NCBI GenBank assembly: GCA_002840905.1
Contig: PHDD01000006.1
Span: 8,910 to 72,909, forward strand
Direction of reading: 5' to 3'
Source of the DNA: Bacteroidetes bacterium HGW-Bacteroidetes-4
GTDB lineage: Bacteria; Bacteroidota; Bacteroidia; Bacteroidales; SZUA-534
DNA length: 64,000 bases
In this document: in pieces, positions 1 to 11,260 of the stretch
Position numbering within the stretch: the first letter of the stretch is position 1
Layout: each line of letters opens with the position of its first letter
Position numbers and translations under genes: made by a program
Notes under the pieces: model-generated
Seen by the model: the letters and a program-made list of their open reading frames with translations, nothing else
Database searches by the model: none
What the model was told of the DNA's origin: nothing

Positions 1-1035
1 ATGCCTTCGGAATTCTTGAAAATTTCAGCCGACCTCGATTTACAGCAGGTAGATTATGCAAATTATGAATTTCTTTTTAAGTCGGACGAGCAACAAACAA
101 ATGAGCCATACGCTTTAAAATATATTATTGAAGCATCGATACGAGCGCAGCAATTTAGGTATCAAAACATTGAAGCAACGGCGGTACATAGTCAGCTAAG
201 CTACTTTAACAAGGAGTTAAATTTTAAAAAACTTGCTTTTAGTGCCTTCGACGGTACGGCTGATGCCGCTTTAACTTATGATTTTAAAAACGAGCAAAGT
301 TCCCGGCTTTTTATCGATGGAAATTTGGGGAAAGTAGATATAAATAAGTTGTTTGTTGCCTTTAATAATTTCGATCAAAAAGTGTTGACGCACGAAAATA
401 TAATGGGGAAACTTACCAGTAATTTTGAATTTGAAAGCCTAATTGCTCAAAATAAATTCAACACCCAATCGATAGAATTCCTGGGCCATGTGCGCATCGA
501 TAACGGCAGGTTAATGAATTTTAAACCCATTACTGAAGTTTCAGCATTTGCCGACATTAAAGAACTTAGAAACATTGAGTTCTCTACGCTCGAAAACGAT
601 TTGCTTATATCAAAAGGAATGGTACACATACCTAAAATGGAAATCAGTAGCAACGCTTTTGATATGTCGATAGCCGGACAACAAAACTTTAACGGGGATT
701 ATACCTATCACCTCCAACTTTTTCTTTCCGATTTTTTAACCGGAAAATCAAAACACCTTCAAAAGCAACAAACCCAATTTGGTGTGGTTGAGGACGATGG
801 TTTTGGCCGTACCCGCTTGTTTTTATTGGCCGAAAGTAAAAATGGACAAAGCGCTGTTTCGCTCGACAGGCAAGCGGTGAAGCAAAACGTAAAACAAGGA
901 TTACAAGAGGAGAAGCGGGAATTAAAGAAAATTTTTCAGGAGGAGTTTGGTTGGTTTAAAAAAGACAGCACCTTAAAAAAAGCAACCCGAAAAAAGACAA
1001 ATCCTGAATTTCAGATTGAATGGGACGAAGAATAA
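1..1035 (+). CDS. C-terminal part of a large envelope protein, possibly AsmA-like (gene starts upstream of window)
   Basis: The frame is open from the window edge to the stop at 1035. It has a Lys-rich C-terminal tail. The family assignment is only a weak resemblance by eye. Confidence 0.4.
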   Translation: MPSEFLKISADLDLQQVDYANYEFLFKSDEQQTNEPYALKYIIEASIRAQQFRYQNIEATAVHSQLSYFNKELNFKKLAFSAFDGTADAALTYDFKNEQSSRLFIDGNLGKVDINKLFVAFNNFDQKVLTHENIMGKLTSNFEFESLIAQNKFNTQSIEFLGHVRIDNGRLMNFKPITEVSAFADIKELRNIEFSTLENDLLISKGMVHIPKMEISSNAFDMSIAGQQNFNGDYTYHLQLFLSDFLTGKSKHLQKQQTQFGVVEDDGFGRTRLFLLAESKNGQSAVSLDRQAVKQNVKQGLQEEKRELKKIFQEEFGWFKKDSTLKKATRKKTNPEFQIEWDEE

Positions 1036-1060
1036 CAACATTAGGCATTTATAAACGTTA

Positions 1061-2230
1061 TTGATAATTATGCTGAAAATAAATTTTTATACCAACAAGC
1101 GACAGTGGAAAGCTGCCTTGCTGATTCTTGCCGTTTTGATTGGGGCTTTTTCCCTCAGTTATACCAACCAACTGGTCGAAAAGATGAAAGAAGAAGAACG
1201 CAAGCGTATCTTACTTTGGGCCGAAGCCACCTCCATTTTAGGGAATAACGACGATTTGGGAGAAAGTATCAATTTTTATATGAATGTTATTACAACCAAT
1301 AAAACAATTCCCGTGATTCTTACCGATGGTGAAGACCAGATTATTGGTTATGCTAATTTAGGAAAAGACAGTTCTGAAACCATAGCATATCAGAATAAAC
1401 GCCTACAAAGCATGAAAAATGGCCGAGAGCCCATTGTTATCAATTTTGTAGACGGTGGAGTTAATTATATATATTATGAAGACTCCACCATTTTAAAACA
1501 ACTGGCTGTTTATCCCTATGTTCAGCTATCCATCATTGCATTTTTTATGCTTATTTCATACATAGCTTTCAGTGCATCGCGAAAATCGGAACAAAATCAG
1601 GTATGGGTTGGCATGTCAAAAGAAACCGCTCATCAGCTCGGTACCCCCATCTCGTCTTTGATGGCCTGGATTGAGATTTTGGAGCAAACCACCGATAACC
1701 AACAATATCTTGAAGAAATGCAAAAAGACATTCGTCGGTTGGAAATGGTAGCCGAACGGTTTTCTAAAATTGGTTCTTTGCCGGAATTAAAGGTGGCCGA
1801 TTTAACCCTCACCCTCGATGCAGCCGTTGATTATATGAAGTCGCGCACTTCGAAAAACATTCTTTTTAAACAACATTACAATACAAACGGTCCCGTTTTG
1901 GTTCCTTTAAGCAAGTCTCTTTTTCATTGGGTGATTGAGAATTTGGTTAAAAATGCCGTTGATGCAATGGATGGAAAGGGAACCATCAGTATTTATCTGG
2001 CACAAAACGACAAGGAAGCCATAATTGAAATTGCTGATACGGGAAAAGGAATCCCCAAAAGCAAACAAAAAACCATTTTTAATCCGGGATATACATCAAA
2101 AGAACGGGGCTGGGGTTTGGGTTTATCCCTGGTAAAACGGATTGTCGAGAATTATCACCGGGGAAAAATTATGGTAGCCAGTTCTGAAATTGAAAAAGGA
2201 ACAACATTTAAAATATTGTTACCTAAATAA
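1061..2230 (+). CDS. Two-TM sensor histidine kinase
   Basis: An N-terminal TM segment and a second TM (VYPYVQLSIIAFFMLISYIAF). H-box HQLGTPISSL, N-box ENLVKNAVDA, G-boxes DTGKGI and GWGLGLSLVKRIV. Confidence 0.9.
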   Translation: MIIMLKINFYTNKRQWKAALLILAVLIGAFSLSYTNQLVEKMKEEERKRILLWAEATSILGNNDDLGESINFYMNVITTNKTIPVILTDGEDQIIGYANLGKDSSETIAYQNKRLQSMKNGREPIVINFVDGGVNYIYYEDSTILKQLAVYPYVQLSIIAFFMLISYIAFSASRKSEQNQVWVGMSKETAHQLGTPISSLMAWIEILEQTTDNQQYLEEMQKDIRRLEMVAERFSKIGSLPELKVADLTLTLDAAVDYMKSRTSKNILFKQHYNTNGPVLVPLSKSLFHWVIENLVKNAVDAMDGKGTISIYLAQNDKEAIIEIADTGKGIPKSKQKTIFNPGYTSKERGWGLGLSLVKRIVENYHRGKIMVASSEIEKGTTFKILLPK

Positions 2231-2350
2231 TTAAATTGTTTTTTATTTATGTTACAAAAGAATTCTGTTGCTTTCTTTACTTTTCGTTTGGATTGAATTC
2301 CAATTAGCTATAAATTTGCGCGCTAATTTTTTTTATTTGGCATTAAATTT

Positions 2351-2358
2351 TACTTTTG
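2351..2358 (+). promoter_or_regulatory. Bacteroidota -7 box (TACTTTTG, TAnnTTTG consensus) upstream of yceD-rpmF
   Basis: Exact match to TAnnTTTG, 24 nt upstream of the GTG at 2382. Confidence 0.4.
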
Positions 2359-2381
2359 CAGGTATTTTAAAAGATACAGAC

Positions 2382-2897
2382 GTGGATTACAACATTCCAT
2401 TTAGAGGAATAAAAGAGGGGAGGCATCAATACGAATTTAGTATCGGTGATAAGTTCTTTGAAAAGTTTCCTGATAGTGAAATACAAAAAGGAGCATTGCT
2501 GGCAAGGTTCGATTTAAATAAACGATCAACAGGCATTGAAACACATTTTACCATTCAGGGAACAGTTACTGTGCCTTGCGACCGCTGCCTCGACGATTTG
2601 GAGTGCCCCATCGATTATGAAGGAAAGCTTTATTTTGAATATGGTGAGGAAAGCCAGGAGATGACCGATGAGTTGGTCATAATTTCAGGAAACGAAAATT
2701 TCCTCGAATTGGCGCAGTACATATATGAGTTCATATACCTTAGCTTACCCATGCACAAAGTACATGGCAAAAACAAAGACGGTGAACTACTATGCAACCA
2801 GGAAATGCTCGAGCGGCTTGGTTCAATGATTAGTAACAACGATGAAGACGAGATAGATGATCCCAGATGGGATAAACTGAGAGATTTAATTAACTAA
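2382..2897 (+). CDS. yceD: YceD/DUF177 family protein
   Basis: Cys motif CDRCLDDLECP, an acidic C-terminus, and a position immediately upstream of rpmF (conserved synteny). The ORF track starts at 2268, but the first 38 codons are AT-rich leader that contains the promoter box. The GTG at 2382 is therefore the preferred start. Confidence 0.75.
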   Translation: MDYNIPFRGIKEGRHQYEFSIGDKFFEKFPDSEIQKGALLARFDLNKRSTGIETHFTIQGTVTVPCDRCLDDLECPIDYEGKLYFEYGEESQEMTDELVIISGNENFLELAQYIYEFIYLSLPMHKVHGKNKDGELLCNQEMLERLGSMISNNDEDEIDDPRWDKLRDLIN

Positions 2898-2915
2898 TTT
2901 TAAAGCGATTGTAAA

Positions 2916-3101
2916 ATGGCACATCCTAAGCACAAAACATCAAAACAAAGAAGAAATAAAAGAAGAACTCACTACAAAGCAGTAGCACCTACTTTGTCAA
3001 AATGTTCAAACTGTGGTTCTGCAATTCAGTACCACCATGTTTGTCCTGAATGCGGTTTTTACCGTGGCAAGTTAGCTATTGAGAAAGAAGTTTCTGCTTA
3101 A
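2916..3101 (+). CDS. rpmF: 50S ribosomal protein L32
   Basis: MAHPKHKTSKQRRNKRRTHYK plus a CxxC...CxxC zinc ribbon. Length 61 aa. Confidence 0.95.
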   Translation: MAHPKHKTSKQRRNKRRTHYKAVAPTLSKCSNCGSAIQYHHVCPECGFYRGKLAIEKEVSA

Positions 3102-3138
3102 ACCATAATCCTCTCGGGGATTAATCAAAATACAAAGT

Positions 3139-4080
3139 ATGAGAATTGGAGTGGATATGATGGGAGGCGATTTTGCCCCCGAAGCAACCGTATTGGGTGC
3201 CATATTAGCAAATGACTCCCTACCCGAAGATGTACAGCTGGTTTTAATTGGTGATCAGGAGAAAATACACGAACTGCTGGCGCGTGAAAATTACGATGCC
3301 GGCAAGTTTGAAATTGTGCATGCAAGCGAATGTATCGAGATGGGTGACCATCCCGCGAAAGCATTTAGTGCAAAGCCCGATTCCAGTATTGCCGTTGGTT
3401 TTAAAATGCTGTACAAAAAAATGCTCGACGGTTTTGCAAGTGCCGGTAATACCGGAGCAATGCTTGTAGGAACCATGTACACTGTTAAAGCAATACCCGG
3501 TGTAATCCGTCCATGTATTTCGACGGAACTTCCGCAGTTTGGCGAAATTCCGGCTTTGTTGCTCGATGTAGGCATTAACCCCGACTGTCGCCCTGATGTT
3601 TTATATCAGTATGGCATGATTGGTTCGGTGTATGCGAATCGGGTATATGGAGTGGAGAACCCTAAAGTAGCTCTTTTAAACATAGGTTCTGAAGAGAAGA
3701 AAGGCAACCTGATTGTTAAGAGTGCCTACGACTTGATGAAGGATAACAAAGAGTTTAATTTCATCGGAAATATCGAGGGAAATCAACTGTTGGGAGACTG
3801 CCCGGCCGATGTGGTGGTATGTGATGGATTTACCGGAAATGTGGTGTTAAAGCAAGCCGAGGGAATGTATCACATGTTGAAAAAGAGAAACATTAGCGAC
3901 TCTTTTATTGATAAATTTAATTTCGAGATTTATGGTGGTACCCCTGTTTTAGGGGTAAATGCACCAGTTATTATCGGGCATGGAGTTTCGAACGACATAG
4001 CCATAAAGGCCATGATTCTTAAAACAAAAGATGTTATTGAGGCTCAGGTAACCGAAAAACTAATTGAAATCTATAAATAA
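3139..4080 (+). CDS. plsX: Phosphate acyltransferase PlsX
   Basis: [15 protein letters not shown]-terminus, the GNTGA motif, and rpmF-plsX-fabH synteny. Confidence 0.95.
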   Translation: MRIGVDMMGGDFAPEATVLGAILANDSLPEDVQLVLIGDQEKIHELLARENYDAGKFEIVHASECIEMGDHPAKAFSAKPDSSIAVGFKMLYKKMLDGFASAGNTGAMLVGTMYTVKAIPGVIRPCISTELPQFGEIPALLLDVGINPDCRPDVLYQYGMIGSVYANRVYGVENPKVALLNIGSEEKKGNLIVKSAYDLMKDNKEFNFIGNIEGNQLLGDCPADVVVCDGFTGNVVLKQAEGMYHMLKKRNISDSFIDKFNFEIYGGTPVLGVNAPVIIGHGVSNDIAIKAMILKTKDVIEAQVTEKLIEIYK

Positions 4081-5087
4081 TGTCAAAAATTAGAGCAATG
4101 ATTACAGGGGTAGGTGTCTACCTTCCTGAATATATTCTCGACAACCATGAGTTGAGTAAAATGGTTGATACCAGCGACGAGTGGATTATGACCCGGGTTG
4201 GAATTAAAGAGCGTAGAATTCTAAAGGAAAAAGGCGAAGGTGCTTCATTTATGGGAGAAAAAGCCGTAAAGCAATTGCTCAAAAAAACGAACACATTGCC
4301 CGAAGAGGTAGATTTGCTTATTTGTGCAACAGTTACTCCTGATATGCCTTTTCCGCCAACAGCAAATATTATTGCAGATAAAGTCGGGATTCGAAATGGA
4401 TTTCAGTTCGACATAAATGCCGCCTGCTCTGGCTTTATTTATACCCTGATTACTGCATCAAAGTTTGTTGAGTCGGGACAATATAAAAAGGTAATTGTTG
4501 TAGGATCCGAAAAAATGTCGGCTATAACCGATTATACCGATCGTACTACCTGTCCTCTTTTCGGAGATGCAGGAACTGCAGTTATGTTAGAGCCAACTAC
4601 CGAAGATTTGGGTATGATGGATTTCATAGCCCGTTCCGACGGTATGGGCCGTCATCACTTGTACATGAAAGGTGGAGGCAGCTGTTACCCGGCAACACAC
4701 GAAACGGTTGATCAAAAAATGCATTACATCTATCAGGAAGGTCAAGTGGTATTTAAACATGCTGTTTCAAACATGGCCGACGTTTCGGTTGAAATTATGA
4801 AGCGAAATAATTTATCTGCCGAACAACTTGCCTGGTTAGTACCGCATCAGGCCAACTTGCGCATAATTGATGCTACAGCCAAGCGCATGGGCTTAGATCC
4901 CAGTAAGGTAATGATTAATATTGAACGTTACGGAAATACTACATCAGCTACCATTCCGCTTTGTTTGTGGGAATGGGAAAAGAAACTTAAAAAAGGTGAT
5001 GATATAATTCTTTCAGCTTTTGGTGCCGGATTTACCTGGGGTACTATTTACCTGAAATGGGCCTATGATGGCGATAAAGTGGAATAA
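4080..5087 (+). CDS. fabH: 3-oxoacyl-ACP synthase III
   Basis: Active-site context [21 protein letters not shown]. The ATG overlaps the plsX stop by 1 nt. Confidence 0.95.
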   Translation: MSKIRAMITGVGVYLPEYILDNHELSKMVDTSDEWIMTRVGIKERRILKEKGEGASFMGEKAVKQLLKKTNTLPEEVDLLICATVTPDMPFPPTANIIADKVGIRNGFQFDINAACSGFIYTLITASKFVESGQYKKVIVVGSEKMSAITDYTDRTTCPLFGDAGTAVMLEPTTEDLGMMDFIARSDGMGRHHLYMKGGGSCYPATHETVDQKMHYIYQEGQVVFKHAVSNMADVSVEIMKRNNLSAEQLAWLVPHQANLRIIDATAKRMGLDPSKVMINIERYGNTTSATIPLCLWEWEKKLKKGDDIILSAFGAGFTWGTIYLKWAYDGDKVE

Positions 5088-5104
5088 AAACTAAAGCAAA
5101 TACC

Positions 5105-5494
5105 ATGGCAAAGACAATTGAAACCGAACAAAAACAAATTAATATTATTGGTGCCGGTACCAGTATTACCGGTGACATTAATTGCTCGGGCGATATCCGA
5201 ATCGATGGAAATCTTACCGGAAACCTCTTTGTGCAGGGGAAGGTTATTATTGGTGGATCAGGCACAATTAAAGGCGAAATTTCATGCAAAAATTCTGAAG
5301 TTGAAGGCAAAATCGAAGGTAAAATCTCAGTGGGAGAATTACTTTCGTTAAAAACCACTTCATCGATTTTGGGTGATATTAAAACCAGGAAATTGGCTAT
5401 TGAACCCGGAGCTCAATTTACCGGAAACTGCACCATGAACCACAGTTCGGACACGTCACGCCAAACTGTAGGGAATGAAGAAGCCAAAAAATAA
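5105..5494 (+). CDS. Bactofilin (polymer-forming cytoskeletal protein, DUF583)
   Basis: Repetitive beta-helix pattern: GDINCSGDIRIDGNLTGNLFVQGKVIIGGSGTIKGEISCKNSEVEGKIEGKI. Confidence 0.85.
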   Translation: MAKTIETEQKQINIIGAGTSITGDINCSGDIRIDGNLTGNLFVQGKVIIGGSGTIKGEISCKNSEVEGKIEGKISVGELLSLKTTSSILGDIKTRKLAIEPGAQFTGNCTMNHSSDTSRQTVGNEEAKK

Positions 5495-5717
5495 CGACGA
5501 TAAAAAGTCGAGTTTAGTTTATTTTGCCAGGTATTCGGGGCTTGCCTTCGAAATGCTTGGCATTATTGCTTTAGGAACCTGGGGCGGGTTCAAACTCGAT
5601 GAACGTTTTTCCGGCGATTTTCCACTTTGGACGCTCCTATTATCACTGGTTTCAGTTTTTGTTGCTTTGTATCTTGTTTTAAAAGATTTGTTGCGAAATG
5701 GAACTAAACCTAAATAA
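5475..5717 (+). CDS. AtpZ/AtpI-family small membrane protein
   Basis: 80 aa with a basic N-terminus and two TM helices. It lies upstream of atpB and overlaps the bactofilin gene by 20 nt. Confidence 0.6.
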   Translation: MKKPKNNDDKKSSLVYFARYSGLAFEMLGIIALGTWGGFKLDERFSGDFPLWTLLLSLVSVFVALYLVLKDLLRNGTKPK

Positions 5718-6090
5718 GTTTATCCGGGTATTAAGTGTTTTCTCAGTCTTGTTTATAAGTCTGCATTTTCTGCTTTTAAGAGCATTTCCCTCCTTTATTG
5801 ATCTTTCGACAAAATCCTTAATTGCTATTTATCTGTTTTTAATATTTCTTTCACTGGCTCATTTTATCGGTCTAAAATGGTTGTTTCATAAATGGCCCCG
5901 CTATTCGGGCTTTATTTTTACGGCCATGAGTTTGTTTAAAATGGCTGTGGCAATTTTGTTTTTACTCCCGTTTGTTTTTCCATCCAGCGCAACAGCAATG
6001 GTAATGGCTTTAAATTTTATGACCGTTTATTTGGCTTATTTGGCACTTGAAGTGGTTTTTCTTGTAAAAAACCTGATGAAAAATCAGTAA
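5698..6090 (+). CDS. Hypothetical 4-TM membrane protein of the atp leader region
   Basis: Hydrophobic 130 aa ORF. It overlaps the atpZ-like gene by 20 nt. I recognise no family. Confidence 0.5.
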   Translation: MELNLNKFIRVLSVFSVLFISLHFLLLRAFPSFIDLSTKSLIAIYLFLIFLSLAHFIGLKWLFHKWPRYSGFIFTAMSLFKMAVAILFLLPFVFPSSATAMVMALNFMTVYLAYLALEVVFLVKNLMKNQ

Positions 6091-6225
6091 TTTTTAAGCT
6101 TGTTTTATAACAACATTTTTGTTGTTTTTTTACACCTTTGTCTATTGAACTTTAACACCCATTTGTTGTTTTGTTCAAGATGTATAAATTTACAACCAGA
6201 AAATGTCAATATATAACCGATACTG

Positions 6226-7543
<1,318 letters not shown>

Positions 7544-7552
7544 AAATTACAG

Positions 7553-7587
7553 GCTTTCTGCAACGGTTGGTTGCAGAAAGCTTTTTT
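7553..7587 (+). terminator. Strong intra-operon stem-loop plus T-run between atpE and atpF
   Basis: Perfect 12 bp stem gctttctgcaac / gttgcagaaagc (7553-7564 / 7570-7581), a 5 nt loop, then TTTTTT. Confidence 0.6.
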
Positions 7588-7614
7588 AAAGCAAAACTTA
7601 ATAACAGTTAATAT

Positions 7615-8109
7615 ATGGATTTAGTAACTCCAGCAATAGGTTTGGTATTTTGGTCAGTATTGATATTTCTGATTTTACTTTTCCTGCTTTATAAATTTGC
7701 ATGGAAACCAATTTTAGGAGCAGTAAACGATCGCAACCAAAGTATTGAAGAAGCTTTAGCCGCAGCCGATAGAGCCAAAGAAGAAATGGTTAAACTTCAG
7801 GCAAATAACGAAGTCGTGCTTAAAGAAGCCCGGGCCGAGCGGGACCAGATTCTTAAAGAAGCCCGCGACTTAAAGGATAAAACGGTGGAAGAAGCTCGTG
7901 TAGCAGCAAAACAGGAAGCCGATCTTATTATTAAGTCAGCAAAAGAGGCCATTGCTAACGAAAAACGTGCAGCCATTAACGAAATGAAAGACGAAATGGC
8001 GAACCTTTCAGTACTTATAGCAGAAAAAATTCTTGAAAAAGAATTGGGCGATAAAGAAGGACAAAAAGCTTTGATTGAAAGCCTGCTTAAGCAAACCAAT
8101 ATTAATTAA
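7615..8109 (+). CDS. atpF: F0F1 ATP synthase subunit b
   Basis: Single N-terminal TM followed by a long charged coiled coil. Operon position supports the call. Confidence 0.9.
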   Translation: MDLVTPAIGLVFWSVLIFLILLFLLYKFAWKPILGAVNDRNQSIEEALAAADRAKEEMVKLQANNEVVLKEARAERDQILKEARDLKDKTVEEARVAAKQEADLIIKSAKEAIANEKRAAINEMKDEMANLSVLIAEKILEKELGDKEGQKALIESLLKQTNIN

Positions 8110-8115
8110 TCAGAC

Positions 8116-8658
8116 ATGAATCAAAGTAAAATAGCAGTCAGGTACGCCAAAGCTTTTTTTGAGGTTGCCCGCGATCAACATTTGCTCGATGTGGCAAAAA
8201 CCGATATGGAAAAAGTAGCCGGAGCCTGTCGTCAATCTGATTTTAAACTCTTGCTCGAGAGTCCCGTGGTTAAAACATCACGCAAAAAAGCCATTTTACA
8301 ACAAATTTTTCAAAACACCCTAAACAATTTAACCATTAAGTTTTTGGTGATGTTGGCACACAATAAGCGTGAAGTTTATTTACCCGATATTGCCCGCGAT
8401 TTTATTCAGCAATATTTTGATGATAAGGGGATTAAAGCAGCAAAAGTGGTAACTGCATCTAAATTAGACACAAAAACCCAAGACCGATTGGAGCAGGTTA
8501 TTGCCGAAATGTTTAAAACCGAATTGGAATTAACTACCGAAACCAATCCTGAAATAAAAGGAGGTTTTATAATCCGGGTTGGCGACCAGCAAATCGACGC
8601 CAGCGTTAGCTCAAAGCTTAAACGGATTAAGCGGCAATTTATGGATACTACAATTTAA
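8116..8658 (+). CDS. atpH: F0F1 ATP synthase subunit delta
   Basis: N-terminus IAVRYAKAFFEVA, C-terminal GGFIIRVGDQQIDASV. Operon position supports the call. Confidence 0.9.
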   Translation: MNQSKIAVRYAKAFFEVARDQHLLDVAKTDMEKVAGACRQSDFKLLLESPVVKTSRKKAILQQIFQNTLNNLTIKFLVMLAHNKREVYLPDIARDFIQQYFDDKGIKAAKVVTASKLDTKTQDRLEQVIAEMFKTELELTTETNPEIKGGFIIRVGDQQIDASVSSKLKRIKRQFMDTTI

Positions 8659-8685
8659 TTTTGATAATAAATAATAATTAAAAAT

Positions 8686-10287
8686 ATGGCAGACATTAAA
8701 CCTTCAGAAGTTTCCTCTATCTTAAAGCAACAGCTCGAAGGATTTAAATCGGAAAACGAACTCGAAGAAGTTGGAACCGTGTTAACTGTGGGCGATGGAA
8801 TTGCCCGCATATTTGGTTTGTCGAAAGTACAGGCCAATGAGTTGATTGAATTTGAAAATGGGGTTAAGGGTATTGCTCTTAATCTTGAAGAAGACAATGT
8901 TGGTGCGGTAATTTTAGGACCAACCGAAGGAATCAGCGAAGGCGACACCGTGAAACGAACCAAGCGTATTGCTTCAATCAACGTAGGCGAAGGTTTATTG
9001 GGTCGCATTATAAATACCATTGGCGAACCCATCGACGGCAAAGGACCGATTGAAGGAAAATTATACGAAATGCCCCTTGAACGCAAAGCACCAGGGGTAA
9101 TTTACCGTCAGCCAGTTAAAGAACCACTGCAAACCGGGTTAAAAGCCATCGATGCCATGACTCCAATCGGACGTGGACAGCGTGAGCTGATTATCGGTGA
9201 CCGTCAAACCGGGAAAACTGCCATTGCCATCGATACCATCATCAATCAAAAAGAATTTTACGAAGCTGGAAAACCGGTATTTTGTATCTATGTGGCTATT
9301 GGACAAAAAGGTTCAACCGTGGCAAATATTGCCAAAACACTTGAGCGTCATGGCGCTATGGCTTATACCGTAATCGTTATGGCTACGGCTGCTGATCCAG
9401 CAGCCATGCAGTTCAACGCACCTTTTGCCGGAGCTGCTATCGGAGAATTCTTCCGCGATACCGGACGCTCTGCATTAGTAGTTTACGACGATTTATCGAA
9501 ACAAGCCGTTTCGTACCGCGAAGTTTCTCTTTTATTACGTCGCCCCCCTGGCCGCGAAGCTTATCCGGGTGATGTTTTTTACCTGCACAGCCGACTGCTT
9601 GAGCGTGCGGCAAAAATTATTGAATCGGATGAGGTAGCCCGACAAATGAACGATTTGCCACCAGTTTTGGCCCTTGCCAAAGATGACAACGGCGGACCTT
9701 TAGTAAAAGGAGGCGGCTCTTTAACCGCATTACCTATTATCGAAACCCAGGCTGGCGACGTTTCAGCCTACATTCCCACTAACGTAATTTCAATTACCGA
9801 CGGACAAATATTTTTGGAATCCGATTTGTTTAATTCCGGAGTTCGTCCGGCAATCAACGTGGGTATTTCTGTTTCCCGAGTGGGTGGAAATGCACAAATT
9901 AAATCGATGAAGAAAATAGCGGGAACGCTGAAAATTGATCAAGCACAGTTCCGTGAGTTGGAAGCATTCTCAAAATTTGGTTCTGATATGGATGCTGCAA
10001 CCAAAGCGGTGCTCGATAAGGGGCGAAAAAATGTGGAAATTCTTAAGCAGGGGCAATATCAACCCATGTCTGTCGAAAAACAGGTGGCTATAATTTATTG
10101 CGGAGTAAAGGGATTGTTGTCGTCGGTTCCTGCTGATAAAGTTAAGGAATTTGAAGCCGAATATTTAGAGCGGATGGAAATGAAATACAAAAACGTTCTG
10201 AACGAATTAAAAGCCGGAAATCTTTCAGCCGATACAGAAAAAGTGATTCAGGAACTGGTAACAGAATTGACAGCAAAATATAAATAA
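8686..10287 (+). CDS. atpA: F0F1 ATP synthase subunit alpha
   Basis: Walker A GDRQTGKT and typical alpha motifs ([42 protein letters not shown]). Confidence 0.97.
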   Translation: MADIKPSEVSSILKQQLEGFKSENELEEVGTVLTVGDGIARIFGLSKVQANELIEFENGVKGIALNLEEDNVGAVILGPTEGISEGDTVKRTKRIASINVGEGLLGRIINTIGEPIDGKGPIEGKLYEMPLERKAPGVIYRQPVKEPLQTGLKAIDAMTPIGRGQRELIIGDRQTGKTAIAIDTIINQKEFYEAGKPVFCIYVAIGQKGSTVANIAKTLERHGAMAYTVIVMATAADPAAMQFNAPFAGAAIGEFFRDTGRSALVVYDDLSKQAVSYREVSLLLRRPPGREAYPGDVFYLHSRLLERAAKIIESDEVARQMNDLPPVLALAKDDNGGPLVKGGGSLTALPIIETQAGDVSAYIPTNVISITDGQIFLESDLFNSGVRPAINVGISVSRVGGNAQIKSMKKIAGTLKIDQAQFRELEAFSKFGSDMDAATKAVLDKGRKNVEILKQGQYQPMSVEKQVAIIYCGVKGLLSSVPADKVKEFEAEYLERMEMKYKNVLNELKAGNLSADTEKVIQELVTELTAKYK

Positions 10288-10319
10288 TACCGTAATTTGC
10301 GGACTTATAATAAACACTT

Positions 10320-11195
10320 ATGGGAAGTCTTAAGGAGATAAGAACCCGGATGCAAAGCATCAAAACTACACGTCAGGTTACCAGCGCCATGAAAATGGTG
10401 TCGGCAGCCAAATTGCGGCGTGCTCAGGAAGCTATCATCCGGATTAGACCTTATGCCGATAAACTTTACGAAATATTGGGAAATCTAAGCGATAGCCTTG
10501 ACACCTTAGAGGAAAATCCATTTGCAATTGACAGGGGAACTGACCGAATATTGTTGGTTTCTGTTAATTCGAACCGGGGTTTGTGTGGTGCTTTTAATGC
10601 GAACGTAAACAAGCGGGTAATGCAGTTGATTCGTGAAGATTTTAAAACACAATTTTATGCGGGCAATTTAGAAATAATGGCTATAGGTAAAAACAGTTTC
10701 GACTTTTTCCGCCGACGCGATTTCAAGGTAAGTCACAACAACCAGGTTTATGATGACCTCAGCTTTGAACAGGTAGTCCAGGTAGTTGAAAACATTATGC
10801 AGGCCTTTGTAAAAGAAAAATACGACCGGGTTTACCTGGTTTACAATGAATTTAAAAATGCCGCCACACAGCTACTTAAAGTAGAGCAGTTTTTACCCAT
10901 TCTAAAAATTGAAGGAAAAGCAGAAAAGCAAACAACCGATTATATTTATGAGCCATCGGTTGAGGAAATTGTTCACGAGTTGATTCCCAATGCATTAAAA
11001 ATACAATTTTACAAAGCCTTGCTCGATTCTTTTGCGTCGGAACACGGGGCCCGGATGACAGCCATGCATAAAGCAACCGACAATGCAACCGATTTGCTTC
11101 GCAGCTTGAATTTACAATACAACAAGGCACGCCAGGCATCGATAACAGGCGAAATATTAGAAATTGTAAGTGGCGCAGAAGCCATGAATGGATAA
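10320..11195 (+). CDS. atpG: F0F1 ATP synthase subunit gamma
   Basis: LKEIRTRMQSIKTTRQVTSAMKMVSAAKLRRAQ N-terminus and the C-terminal ITGEILEIVSGAEA. Confidence 0.95.
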   Translation: MGSLKEIRTRMQSIKTTRQVTSAMKMVSAAKLRRAQEAIIRIRPYADKLYEILGNLSDSLDTLEENPFAIDRGTDRILLVSVNSNRGLCGAFNANVNKRVMQLIREDFKTQFYAGNLEIMAIGKNSFDFFRRRDFKVSHNNQVYDDLSFEQVVQVVENIMQAFVKEKYDRVYLVYNEFKNAATQLLKVEQFLPILKIEGKAEKQTTDYIYEPSVEEIVHELIPNALKIQFYKALLDSFASEHGARMTAMHKATDNATDLLRSLNLQYNKARQASITGEILEIVSGAEAMNG

Positions 11196-11260
11196 ATTGA
11201 TAAAAATTAGCAGTGGGTTATTCCCTGTTGTTATGGAATACTTATAGAAACAAATAACAA

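Noticed and set aside
8655-9086. Long antisense ORFs inside conserved genes. Examples are 8655-9086 and 7797-8099 in the atp genes, 19807-20352 in the Na/Pi transporter, 24486-24884 and 23867-24295 in polA, and 39869-40141 in the OmpA gene.
   Set aside because: They lie opposite strongly recognisable protein-coding frames and have low-complexity or biased composition. They are typical shadow ORFs.
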